NCBI RefSeq assembly: GCF_000150275.1
Contig: NW_002060943.1
Span: 4,236,008-4,300,007 of the forward strand
Origin: Trichoplax adhaerens
Lineage: Eukaryota > Animalia > Placozoa
Direction of reading: 5' to 3'
Length of the DNA: 64,000 nt
Below, in pieces: positions 24,220 to 37,900 of the stretch. Made by a program: the position numbers and the translations under genes. A model generated the notes under the pieces. The model saw only the letters and a program-made list of their open reading frames with translations. It did not search any database and had not been told where the DNA came from. How positions within the stretch are numbered: the stretch's first letter is position 1; every line of letters starts with the position of its first letter.

Positions 24220-27200
24220 ATGGAAGAGCAACACCAATCGAAACGAGCTAGGCTTGAAGAAGATGCAGGTAGAAAATCTTCCATGTAATTTATATCGCTA
24301 GTCTATGCAGAAGGTGAAATCGAACTCGTTTGCAAGTCAACATTACCTACTTGCATGGACACTAAATGTACAGTACAGTACTTACTGGATTTTCGCCCTG
24401 ATTAGTCGATCATTGCAGCCATCAGACAAATGTAGTGAAGGACTACAGTGCAATTATAGTAGTATAACTCGTGTTACTAGGACTAGCTAGTACTGCTACT
24501 GGCATCATCGATGCTGGATAATATTGTATTTATGGTATGGAATAGATACCTTTGATGGAATTGGTGTAGTAGTCTTGATAGGAGGTAAAATTCAAATTGT
24601 TTTGCAGTCAACATCTTCTATCTATTTTGCCTGATAAGTTAATCATCACAGATTCACAGTACTGAGTATACAGTAGTCAACTAGTTAAAACTAGTAGTAT
24701 TCATCATGCCAGACTTACAAGTAGCTGCTTGATAATAGTGTACTTCTTGTATGGAGTAGATATCTTTTGTAATATGTGTAGTAGTCTTGATAGGAGATAA
24801 AATTAAACTCTTTTACAGTCAACATATCTTATCTATTTTGCCTAATGAGTAGTTTATCATCATAGTACAGTAATTCACTAGTAAGACTAGTATACGCAGT
24901 AGATACACGTATCTTTTTACGTAATTTGTGTAGTAATCTTCGTAGAGGTACAAATGTACAATTGAACTCGTTTGCAGTCAACAATATGATCGATCAATTT
25001 TACCCTGATTAGTTTATCATCATAGCACAATAATCAACTAGTACAACTAGTATTCCATCATACGAGACTTGCCAGTAGATGATTGATAATTAATAGCGTA
25101 CTTGTTGTGTGGAGTAGATATCTTTCATGTAATATGTGGTGTAGCAGTCTTGATAAGAGGTAAAATTGTAATTGTTCGCAGTCAGACTGCAAACAATTTC
25201 AATTTTACCTCCTATCAAGACTACTACACCAATTCCATCAAAGGCATCTATTCCATACCATAAATACAATGTTATCAAACATCGATGATGCCACTAGTAG
25301 TACTAGCTAGTCCTAGTAACACGAGTTATGCTACTATAATTGCACTGTAGTCCTCCACAACATTGTCTGATGGCTGCAATGATCAACTAATCTGGGCAAA
25401 ATACAGTACATACTGTACAACTAGTGTACTGACATGTCCCATCTATTTTTCACTGATTACTTTATCATCATAGTATTAAGTACAGTAATCAACTGGTACA
25501 GCTATAGTTCATCATAAGAGTGGATGCTTGATAACATTGTATTTCTTGTATGGAGTAGATATCTGTTATGTAATTTGTGTAGTATTCTTGATGAAGGTAA
25601 AGTTGAACTCGTTTGCAGTCAACCTGGCCTATATAGTTCGCTAGGTCCCCTATACGTTGATGAAACTTCTGCCACATTTAATTATTTCTGTTCAAAATTA
25701 GCAATTATATTCTGACAGGTATATTGGTTCTATAGTATGGCAGAAGTAGTAGTATTTCATTAACATAGGGGGGGATCTGGCGGGGCCTAATGTACAGTGA
25801 TCTACTAATACAGCCGGAGTTAATCATGGATGCTTGATGATATTATATTTCTTATGTGTACAGTAATAGATACCTTTTATGTCATTTGTGTGGTTGTCTT
25901 TTAGGAAGTAAAACTGAACTAGTTTGCAGTCAACAAGTCCTATCCATTTTGCCCTGACCACTTTATTATCATGCAATAGTACAGTACAGTACAGTAATCA
26001 ACTAGTATAACTAGTATCTATCATACGACTAGATGCTTGATAATATTGTATTTCTTGTGTACAGTAGTAGATATCTTTTATGCCATTTATATATGATTAA
26101 AGTTAATCATAGATATTTGATAATATTGTATTTCTTGGGCAACTAATTTGCAGATCAGTACAATGAATTTCAAGACGCTCAACCTAATTATCAAGAAATA
26201 CCTGGAAATTACAGCAATGTGGCTAAAAAGTTGATGGTAAAATTTTTATCTAATCTTGTTAACTCAATTCAATTGGCGCTGTGTTACCATTGTTTGGTAA
26301 AGATATTAATTTAGTCATTTGGATCATAGTTATAACATTGATATTGGATCACTATTATCGCAGCTGATTAAACGTCAGATTATGAATAGCTCTGTAGCAG
26401 GCACTGCTCTGCTTCATGACTATAGCTGTCATGAAATCATCAACTTTATAGTATAAAGTAAAGCAAATTGAAATTGTTTTGTGGACAGTAATAATAGTCT
26501 AAAATGATTAGTTACATAATTATTATTATCAAAGCTGTAACTATTTGATATCTTTTATAGTTGGGCAATATCAAGTTGTTAATGGTAGCATAGTTATAAA
26601 CGGTAACTTTGAATTCGGCTAAGATCGAAGAATAATTTTATCTGTAATTTTTACAGGCCAAAATGAAATATACTCCTGGTGAAGGGTTAGGCAGGCATAG
26701 CCAAGGACGTAGAAATATTATTGAAGCATCTAAACAACGAGGTCACCGAGGTCTTGGTTCAGAGAATAAACATTTTCAACAAGATGAGGATACTGAATGG
26801 AGTGTAGATGATGAACAGGTATATCATCTACCTGTACAGAGTGGACGTATTGATTGTAATGCTAGGCTTTAGACCATAAAAACAATCCATGCTTTAGACT
26901 CTAATAATTGCACATAGTCAGTTTAATCTTTCGTAACGAACTAATTATGGTGGAATAAATCCATATGTGTAAGCTACACGAATTATATTATTAATATTCA
27001 ATCATTCTTCATAGATTAATATCGAGGAAATGGCAACTTGGATAGATGAGTGTCAGTTGCCCTTGCCTGATAGAGCTACACTTGATAGTTGGATGAAGAT
27101 TGGAAAGGTTATAACCAGTTAACAATTTACTTTGATGTTGGCTATTCGATGTTTGTAATGTAGTTATGCATTATTAACTATAAATTAAGCTCTACGTAAT

Positions 27201-30200
27201 GATGCAATGCGAACGTTTGACCATTATGGCTGTAAGATACTCCGATATTCTAACAGTATCATTTATCTCAGTACTGAAGTTGATAATTTTCGTATCCATG
27301 TAGAAGAAGATGACTATTGATGATGAAGCCAATTTTTGTGAGCCTAACATTCTTAAGGATGTTCTAGAGTGCAAGGTTTTTATTGACATATTATAGCGTG
27401 TATAAAATCATACAGATATAGTAAACTTGGAAAGTGTGCATGGTTGGAATATTTGGTAGACTTATCTTCGAGTGTTATCATAATTTGAATATAATAGCAG
27501 TTATTTCGATTTTTTATGCCGATCATTGACTGATATAATAAAAATTATTCAGGATATGTTTGATGAATTAGAAAGCAAAGAAATGGTCGAAGCTAGGACT
27601 AGGGCTAATCCTTATGAGACAATCAAAGGGGCGATATTCTTGAATAGGTAATCGAATAATACCCTACTATACTCCTATAACTTAGCTGAAAGATTTACAT
27701 GGAGATAATTTTATCATCGTACAGAGCTGCTATGAAGATGGCTAATTTAGACTACGTATATAAGTATATATTTACCAATCCAAGAGATGATAAAGGCGTA
27801 AGAACTTAAGTTAATTTTACTTACTCGTAATTATACGAAAGTTATCGATAATCTAATTGATTAGGTTTTTAATATGACTGACGGTATTTGAAATTGGGGT
27901 AAATTATTCATAGAACGAAAAGATAAGATCATTGGATATACTTTACTTTGCCGATATTTGCGCTGGACCGGGAGGATTTACGGAATATGTACTCTGGAAA
28001 CGAAGATGGCACGCGAAAGGATTTGGAATCACTCTGAAAGATCGTTAGTACAATAATTTAACCAACTTTAAAATGCTTTTCGACACTTCTTACAGTTACG
28101 CTATCAATTTAATGTCGAAATTATCTTCTGTTGATTTTGTTATTAGCAAAGAATGCGAGCGACTTCAAGTTAACTGATTTCTTAGCTGGTACTCCGGAAA
28201 CGTTCGAGCCATACTATGGTAACATACTCAGTATTATTTCGTTGTTAGTTAAAAATTTATTACGAGTATGTAATCATTAATTAAATTATCGCTTATTTAT
28301 GATGACTTAATTATCAAAGGTGTAAACGGTGTTAATGGAGACGGTGATGTAACACGGACAGAAAATTTGAGGGCATTTGCCGAGTTTGTTCGCAGTTCAT
28401 CTGAAGGAGGTGTTCATTTTGCCATGGCGGATGGTGTAAGTTATTGGGTGAATTCGAAATAGGGTAATCGAAGACGTAGTTTACGTTAATTGTTTTATTT
28501 ATAATCCTTAGGGATTTTCTGTTGAAGGGCAAGAGAATATACAAGAGATTCTAAGTAAACAGCTGTATCTGTGTCAGTTTTTATGCGCTATCAGTGTTCT
28601 ACGAGAAGGTATGACACTATCTCAATGGTTTCAAAATATTGAAATTGTGTCTAATTAGTAAATAAATATTACATGCTAACAGCAGAATTAAAACCGGTAA
28701 TACCTTTAATTATTGACAATTTGCTTTCTCTTTTATTAGGAGGAAATTTCGTTTGCAAACTATTTGATATTTTTACTCCATTCAGTGTTGGCTTACTATA
28801 CTTGTTCTATCGTATATTCCGTCGTATATCATTAGTGAAACCTTTAACTAGTAGGCCTGCAAACTCAGAAAGGTTTGCATGTTGTCGAAGTAGGCTACAA
28901 ATTTGCGTCTATTTAATAATATCTTTTTCTTTAGGTATATAGTTTGTGAAGGTTATAGAAATGCAGACGATGTTAGAGACTATTTTTATAGTGTAAATGA
29001 CAAGATAAATGAATTAAAATTGGCCGAAAGGAAAGAGGCTGTAGTTTTTACGACATCTTATAAACGTAGTGAAAAGACTTCAGGTTAGCTAATCAATGTA
29101 ATTGTTGTAGATAATCCTACGTGTTATTTATGCAGCTATTATAATCAATATGTCTAACAATACGTTAAAAACGAAAAGTGTTTTAGCCATCTTACTAATT
29201 CTGTTACTGTCGTATTAGGTAGTGAAGAGGATTATTTCAATACGAGTGAAAATGAAAATTCAAATCAGGTATGAATATCTAATCGACGTATATGTGATGG
29301 GACGATATTGTAAACTACTTTCTAGTCAAGTGTCGTGCATATCTGAGGTTGCAATTCTAACTATCCCTTGTGCATTGAAGCTCTCTGATAGTGAGATTGA
29401 ATCGGATCAACAAGATGAGGAATTAGGAGCTGAATTAATGACTAACGCACTTCAAGATGATAGGACGATAATTCAAGATAAATCTAGCAAACATAATCTC
29501 GATGTTACGGAGGTATAAGAACTTGTCATAAATAAAGTTTGAGCTCTTTAGAATTAATTTATTATCGAACTTTAGGATGTAGGCAAACACTTAGCATTTT
29601 GCTAATACACATCTAATACTGACGTGATGCTTGTATAGGTAGTACCTTTGGATGTTATTCGTGGTGACAAAGCTTTTTTTGAATATGTTGTGCAGTCAAA
29701 TAATAGGTAACACGGTAGTGAGATTTTTATGATAGAATAAAGTTTAGCATCTTTCTTTAATTAAAGGATAAATTCATCATTTCAAAATAGTATTGGTGTA
29801 GCCCAAGTGTATGCTCTGCGAAAAATTCAAGCTTTTGCCAAAAACAGGTTTCAATTAGATTATTTTGTTAGTATTTTACTGTTCTACAGGCCATACTACT
29901 AGTATAATGTTGATGATATTATCAAGTTTAGAATAACCAAGAGAGATTTGTATTACAGGAATTTAGTTACACAACAGCAAAACGATATTAAAAACGGCTG
30001 TTTGACTTTGTGGAATGTTAGTAACCGTAATATATTATGATTAATTTTTGATATTCTTTAACGCAATAGCTTTATATAAGGTACTACTACAAATTTTTTT
30101 TAGATTCCTACCAATCCTAGGAGTAAGCGAAATATACCATCACCAAGGGATACATTTTTCAAGTTACTGAATACTTCTTTAGATGATTGGGTAGGAAGAC

Positions 30201-31946
30201 TATGCGAAATGAAAAACTTGTTTGATATTTTCCCTTCAGATATTGTAACCTAATTTTATCTTTTGTGATTATTTAGGAGACTAATAATAGAATTATAGAG
30301 GTAACTAAGAGTACAATAAAGAGAATGACAGCTATCTATAATTATAGATTTACGATTTCTGGAGGACGGCGATATTTTATCCTGAGCTTATCAGTAAGTT
30401 ACTAGTATGGATTCTTGAAACAAAAACTAGGTAGAATTACTTAACGTGTTAAAATTTTCAGGGAAAGTTTATCTATCGGACGAGTTTTGATAAGTACGGG
30501 AATATGGATGTTAACAAATGGGAAGAACTATCAAATAGTGAAAATCGGATAAACTTAGAAATGCCGGAAAACACGTTGATTGAAGCAGAAATTGTAACAG
30601 AGTATCGTGGCGAGGTAATTTCTTATTATAGGTTCACGTTATTAGCATGGTTGAAAGTACTTATGCCATATTTATAATCTGCGAAAAATGATGTTATCGT
30701 ACCTGGAAAACTGTTCGATGTACAGTAATTACAAGACGTAAATCATAAAGTGTGCTGATATTGACTAACCCGAAGGGGAATGACCTCGTTTTTTTAACAA
30801 CTTGTAAGCTACAAAGTCTTTTGCTTACGGAGTCGTTATTCTTTCGATGACTTATTTGTTAGGGTAAAAGCCAGAAACACGTAAATGCTATTCATATTGT
30901 GGATATCGCTTTTCTTGGTGGTGATGATTATCGTAATTTCCATATTAAAGAAAGGTGAAAACAGTCTATTTCTGTATAATGATATATTGCTTCCTGGCAT
31001 AAGTCTTATATCGTGAATTTTATCAGATTGAGATATGCTGAAAAATTTGTTAAAGCCTTGCAAAAGAAGTCCATCAATACGGCTACTCCTTTAAGGTAAG
31101 AATTAGCACATAGAAGATTTTAGAAGATCCTAAATGTGCAGATTTGCCTATTATATTTATTCAAGACTTGAATTAATGATAAATGATTTCTAGGGTTAAG
31201 TTATTGCACAGATTAAACGATTCATCTACAATCCTTGCACGGTTAGTAACTATGCTAGCTATTTCAAGATTTAGCTTTAATTTAATTGAATTATTGTTTT
31301 AGTTATTGTTGCAACTTTTGCTACTGTCATAGTTTACAATCTAAGAAAATGAAAGGATCTCGGGGAAGGAAGAATTGCTGTATCGTAGGTTCTGATAAAT
31401 CTGACGATAGTTGCTTCTTTATCCCTACTGGATTGTATATAGTTAAAGATATTTTAGGTATGCTGCTGAAACATAGCACTTGTTGTATTCTTTGTAAATG
31501 ATATAATAGAGTTAACTCTGTTTTATCGTGTATTATGTAGATCCTTGGGTAGTAAGAATTAGTAATACGCATAATAGATATTATTTCTTTAATACTGCAA
31601 ATAATTCGAGTCAGTATGATCTTCCTCAAGAAGATATTGCAAGTTTTAGGTAAATAAAAGAAAGACTAATATTATTAAGATATCATCATGAATTGAAGCC
31701 TTCATCGAATTTCTTTTGTAAAAATTATTTGTTATACCCAATTAATCAGGTTTTATTACAGTAAACGGGTGTTTTTGTTATTTTAAAAGACAATGTCATG
31801 AATTACGGTTGTTTTGGCCGTGGGATGATAGTAATGATTTCGTGGATAGTAACACTGCTAAGATTAAAGGCAACCGTGATGATAAAGTCAGCAAAGATGA
31901 ACTTCTAGATTTTATCAAGGTTACTTTAAGTGGTGGTAATCGCTAA
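24220..31946 (+). CDS. CMTR1: Cap-specific mRNA (nucleoside-2'-O)-methyltransferase 1 (G-patch, RrmJ/FtsJ methyltransferase, GTase-like and WW domains); ~27 exons
   Basis: Exons start 24220-24268 ([17 protein letters not shown]-like), 26154-26236 and 26657-26818 (G-patch [23 protein letters not shown]), and continue through 27015-31946. Motifs include [71 protein letters not shown] and SRPANSERY, so the K-D-K-E tetrad is intact. There is a WW-like [17 protein letters not shown], and the stop TAA is at 31944-31946. Confidence 0.95.
24269..26136. repeat. Tandem array (~8-9 diverged/partial ~170-200 bp units) filling CMTR1 intron 1, with one internal inverted block
   Basis: The core gcttgataatattgtatttcttgtatggagtagatatc..tgtaatttgtgtagtagtcttgataggaggtaaaattgaactcgtttgcagtcaac..tttgccctgattagtttatcatcatagtacagtaatcaactagt recurs at ~24270, 24512, 24727, 24900, 25081, 25524, 25830, 26033 and 26113. 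Confidence 0.9.
25185..25420 (-). repeat. Inverted copy of ~24370-24609, forming a fold-back palindrome centred on 25184
   Basis: 25185-25420 is the reverse complement of 24370-24609 with few mismatches. Locally, 25141-25183 pairs with 25185-25227 (43 bp, 4 mismatches). Confidence 0.9.
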
Positions 31947-34900
31947 ACCGGGAATTATAACTTTATTAACTTTAACATGTTAATAATAATTATTAGCTTT
32001 GAAATTAGTTTTGTACGCTATCGCACGTTTGATATATAGTAGATTACGCGTATGCTGAAATCGTGTATGGTCAATTGTTGCCTTTGAATATAGTAATAGT
32101 TTTTTATAACTACATGGATTAATGTATCCTCTGTCTATATCTGTAATATAGAGCAAATCTGTTATTATTCGTGTATAGTTTCTGTTATAGGCTTTGTTGT
32201 AATGACGATGGCGTTGTTTTATTTATGTCTTGCTTAATTACGGGAAAATAGTCTCCGTTGAAGGCAGTACAAATCATTGTATTACAAAAGTAAAGAAAAT
32301 TGTTGTGCTAATGTATGCTAGTACAAATGTACAATTTTAATAAGGTTATCGTCGTCCTAATATAAGTCTAAGTATGCTTGTATATCGTGAACACAGTAAA
32401 TAGGAATGCGGTACAGGTTTGGTATAAAATTGCCAAAATCTGAGTAGAATATGCACTGTAAGTTGAAGTGCAATTATAGATTTTAATACTGGAATGCATA
32501 GAAATGGATAAGAGATAATTGAAGAGATATTTAATTTGCTTTAAAGTCTGAAATAAAATTTAGAATGATTTTTGTGAGATTTTAATTAGATCATTAAAAT
32601 ATAAGATGCTGTAGAAAAGATTTTTTAACAATCACATTTTATACTCCGCTTTATATATCGATAAACTTTACATGACTTTCAGCTAGCGTGGTCTCAGCTC
32701 TGTTGTATTGATCGACGAAACACACTAATATCATAAATTATAATTATCAATGATACAATGAAGTTATTGCCGTTACTATCGTTGGAAAAGTTAAGCTATT
32801 GTCATAGTTAATAGTTCGGTTACGTTATAAAAGAGTTGAATGATCTATGATGATTATCTAACATAATTTTTACTGAAAAGTTATCAAAATTATTTTAAGG
32901 TATTAAGATTAATGATTCTCCTTGCCTTGTCAGTCATTTAGGTTGCACAGCGCAGCATTATTAACGCTATAAATGATCAATAGTTAAAATAGGATAACTA
33001 GAAAAATTAAAATTCAAATGTTGATCTTTTTAAATTGTTATGTGGGTAAATTAGCCTGAAGGGAAAGTAATTCTGAACTTTTAAACGTCAAGAAGACAAG
33101 TGTGATGATTAAGGATATTTCAATTGTAAATTCAAGGCGGATTATTAATGTATCATTGTTAATCTATCTTATTGAATGTATATTAATAGTTGGAATCAAT
33201 AACAGCTGATTCTTCATAACTATCATGGCTAAGAAAATAAAGGAAAAATCATCGGCTATAATTAACGGTCTCCTTTTCAATGTTAGTATAGGAATAATAT
33301 TTCAATCGAAAGACTATTTTGCTCGAGGCTATGCTTTATCAGTTCTTTTGCGTCAGTTGTTATTGTATCGATAGTTTTTAAAGTAGTCCTTTCTCACTTG
33401 TTGCTACAGCAATGGGTAATCGCTAATGGTCGGTATTTTATGGCTATTCATTTTAATAACTAACGTTTTGTTTTTTGTTATAGCTATCTATTGATTATTT
33501 ATTATTTACGATAGAGGCCTAGGTTAAGGTTGGAAGTTTGGGTAGCTTGTTCACTGCAAATAGCCCTTAAAGTAAACTAAAGTAGACTCTAAAAATGGAT
33601 CAATGAGATAAAACATAGGGAAATAATTCATCTAATTGATGATGTTATTGATGAATAATAATTAAAGAATGGCAACCATGATAATAACTCATATCTTATG
33701 GACATACATATTCTACGTTTCAATCGCGTTGTCTACTGTTGTAAGAGCCAGACATTATAATTAATAGTTCAATTCTGGGTGTGCCACCTTGATTGCGATT
33801 GGATTATGACGTGAGAATTGATAGAATTGATTCTAGTCAATAGCTTTAACATGTAGCAATTAATTTGCTAGACAATCAAATAGATGTGATAATTTATGAA
33901 AATCTGAACAATTCTTTTTTTTCATCATTGAAAAGTTACTGTTTTGTTATTGGTTATTTTTTTTAAAATTAGCGTATAACTGACATTTTAGTTATGACAT
34001 AACAATTAAGATGATGAAGGGATAGGTTTAATAGAATCATTCTTGGAGTTTTAATTCGAGGGGATAATTCAAGGTACCAATCGATATCATAATGAATTAT
34101 GATTAATTGTTACTGTTGATTAACATAAACAACCGCAGGCTAGTCCTATTTCAATGTCTTCCTTGAACAGTTTTCTTAATTAACATCTGTTTTATAATTT
34201 GATCAATGTATTGATATCGTCAATCCGCATTCGATTATTCTATCATCATTGGATTCGAAAAAATCTTCTGTGGAACAATATAACGTTGATAGAAAGATTC
34301 CAATATCATAATTATTAATTTTATGAGGTTACTTTTGTCAATTTTGACAACGACTTGTTTCCACTTACTATGTTAAGTTTTAATTAGGTTGGTCAAGGGT
34401 GATTCATTATCATTTCATTTAATAAATAGCATGAATATCATTAAAATAACTATTGCTAATTGTTATTGGTGTTATTATTATACATTAAGGAAACGGTGAT
34501 GATGATTCATTTTATTAATGATACTACTGTGTTTTATGACCCAATTTTCAATCAGTTTTACCTCCAAGACTTTACATGCTATAAGCGTTATTTCTGGGTG
34601 GGATATGAATCCAAAAACTCGATTATCACTATTAGTAAGGCTGTGTGATAATGGAATTGAATGTCTGATAAAAATATTTTTACTAAGGTTTCAAATCAAT
34701 AAAGAGAGTGATGTTAACATGTTATAGAATACTTCAAGATTAGCTAAAAACTATTTACTTTATTTACTTTTGGTGTAGATGACTGGCTGCACATGCTTGC
34801 AACAGAAATCCATTTTATTACTTAGTTGTCTTTTGTTCTTATCTTTTGCTATTGCCAAACAACACCGAAGCTAAACTAGTTATTATCATAGACATTGAAG

Positions 34901-37900
34901 GGGGTAAAGCTTGAAATATTTTGGCTAAGACGGTCATGATAGTAAGCATTAATTATTTGCCAAATATTAACCGTCTGTTAAATGTTTCTTGGCTCGCCGT
35001 TATTTATTTGTCTTATTGTCTAATCATCTTATCTGCGATTGTATCAGTAGAAAAATCAAGGTGGTTTGTTTAATTTAGTTGCTTATTAACGCTTGTCATG
35101 GAATTCTTTTGTTTTGTATCTCGTGATAATTAATTATTACTGATTCAATTATAGATGGCTATAGGATGTACAGTACAATGAGTTAGCATCAGAAAAAGAA
35201 GAAGAAGGAGAAGAAACATACGACGATGATGATGATGATCGGGATGGTTTAATTTCGCTGTAAATTAAAGTTGAACGTAGAATAGCGGGCAGCCTGCATT
35301 TTATTTTTCAGCAGACTATGACCTAATATTGCTATTAATTAGTTAATTAAAAATCCTTAGCAAAGATCAAATGATTATGCCTTCCCCTCATCAATACAAT
35401 CAGCAATTATGATGATGATCCATAGCCTATAACCCACGCGTTACTGTCATGATAATCCTTTGTTACCATTTTAATTGTTTTTGATACCTTCTATTTCCAA
35501 TATTCTCTATCTTTAGCCTCTTAGTCGATATTCAAAGGCTATTTTGATGAATAAATGATGACCTGGATATCAGAGTTAGTGTTTTCATTATCTTGACTAC
35601 AACTATCGACTATCAAACAATGATGATCATTTTATTCTTTTTTTGTTGCCACTGAGCGATTGATTCCCTTAAGGGCAAATTATTTTAAACATCTACGGCA
35701 TGTTTTATTTTTTACCGATGCAAAAAATAACAAAAATGAACCTCTATAGTCGTGTCGATTTTGAATGACTAGGCGAGCATCCGTTGATGAGGACAGTTTA
35801 TATTTCAGCAATTTAATTTTTGGATTGCATAGATTATCCAAGGCTTAGTCATCAGGTTAATCATAAATATCCTAGCGATCCTTAGAATAGAAAAGACTTT
35901 ATAGAACAAATGCCGCCAGTATGTTTACCTTCAAGTGGCTTTGCCCGTAGGAAACGGCAATTGATTATCATTGTCTTCTGAGGTTATAATCTAAGCTAAT
36001 TAGCCTGTGTTCGGCATAAGATGTTAGAATAACGATATGAGTATTTCATTCCTTGTGATATACCAATGGTTAAAAATTGTTTTAATTGGATATATGCAAG
36101 GACATACTATCTATGCAAGATTACTTAGCTATTCATCTAGTTTTTCAATAGTTATCACCATAAAATTCCTAAAGATAGCTTGCATGAATGATATATTAAT
36201 ATAGCACGATTAATAAAGGCTTTAATTGACACCATCTAGTTCTGTACTCTTTGAAAAATTATATTTCAAGGTAGAAATTCAAGCTGTGATAGTGCGATTC
36301 ATTTTAATCTCGGTAAAAATCAGATTAAAAGTAAAAAATAAAAGGGCACAGTCAAAATCGAAGCTGACTGAATAAAATAGAATTCGCCTTAATTCAATTC
36401 TAATCTTCAATCATTCATGGTAAATAAGATATTAGTTTGATTTAATCCGCATAGGGCAGACGGATATTGTAATGCTAAATTATTCTGCTAAACATGCTAT
36501 AGCATAAGTCCGGCGGTAGTCACGATTTGAATATATTATCCCTTGCGTAAATCTTTAATCTATACTCTTCATTTTAGATAACAATTAGATAAGATTTGCT
36601 GGCGAAATTTTATAATATTTCCTAGTAAATGTTGAAATAGTAAACTCCAATCATTTTTCACATATTTTATTCCGTTCCCTAGTCGTAAAATTCTTATCGC
36701 ATTGATATTATTACTGTAAAGCTTTATTTCGATAATTGCGAAGAGGGATAGCGCTATTGTTATATACTATACTGTATTATGAAACTAGATTCTGGTGAAG
36801 AATTTCAAACTCAGTATCGCTAGTTAATGTCACTGATAATTGTCATTCATGAGATCCTCAACAAAGATTAGGTGGTGTATATACATCCATGATTATAAGT
36901 TTCAGAGTTAGTAGCTCAATTATTGTAGGGTTACCGGAAAATGATCATATTGATAAATAATATTTCTGTGCTATTTTACGGGTAATGTATTTGCTTAGCG
37001 ATTGTTTAATGATAGAGAAAAGAAACTCAAAATTACTCTCCATCATCTTTCGTCGCCTCTACAGCCAGGTGCATACCGCTGTATTCTTTTTTATTATTTG
37101 ACATTTATTTAATGTCTATGACCACTATCGAATTATTTTGAGGAAAGTAAAATCAGACAAAATTATCTTATAAATGTATTGATTGTTTTTAATGACGTAA
37201 AATAATAGAACAGTCTTAAACTATCGTATTCATTGCAGTAGCATGCAGGCTATTCGATCTATCCGTAAATTGAAATTCTTGTATCTATAATTTATATATT
37301 TCTAAAATATTTGTCTTTTAAATAGATTTATTGCCTTTATAATAACAAATAATGGTGCAATCTTCAACTCATATAATTAATTATTACATCATCGATAGTC
37401 TAGTTGAAAATTTAACGCGTAAAAGCGTTTAGAACAATTTTAAATATTAACACACATGTTTAACCTACTCAAATCGTAAGCATAATTTAGAAAAAACGAG
37501 GTCAAATTATAATTTAAATTAAAATAATAATAATACTTAGGGGAGGAAATTAAATTATAAAAACATTAATAAACTGATATTAAATTATAGTAACAAAACA
37601 GCATTTTGTCAAAAACATGAAATCTACCATGGTACAGCAGTCGCTGCTCGATGATAATATGAAATTGAGTGGGTGTTCTATACCTAACCTCATTCGCTTG
37701 ATTGAATAAAAAAATGGAACAAAATAAGTTGTTTCTTATTAACAAATAGTTTATGGCCAATATCCTAAGTTGGCTGATACATAAGGCGCGTGAAACACAC
37801 TTTCCTATGATAAAACAGAATATCTATATCATAAGTGAGGATTGAATTATGTTCTATCAGTGCCAAGGGTGTATTAAGCCGTTCCCGTAAGGGTTGATAA

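Noticed and set aside
25090-25715. Short ORFs within CMTR1 intron 1; the array was also considered as CRISPR-like
   Set aside because: The ORFs derive from the repeat units. The units are long, diverged, lack unique spacers and lie in a eukaryotic intron.
35190-35240. (GAA)n/(GAT)n run resembling an acidic coding exon
   Set aside because: It is a low-complexity run with nearby stops and no convincing splice context.
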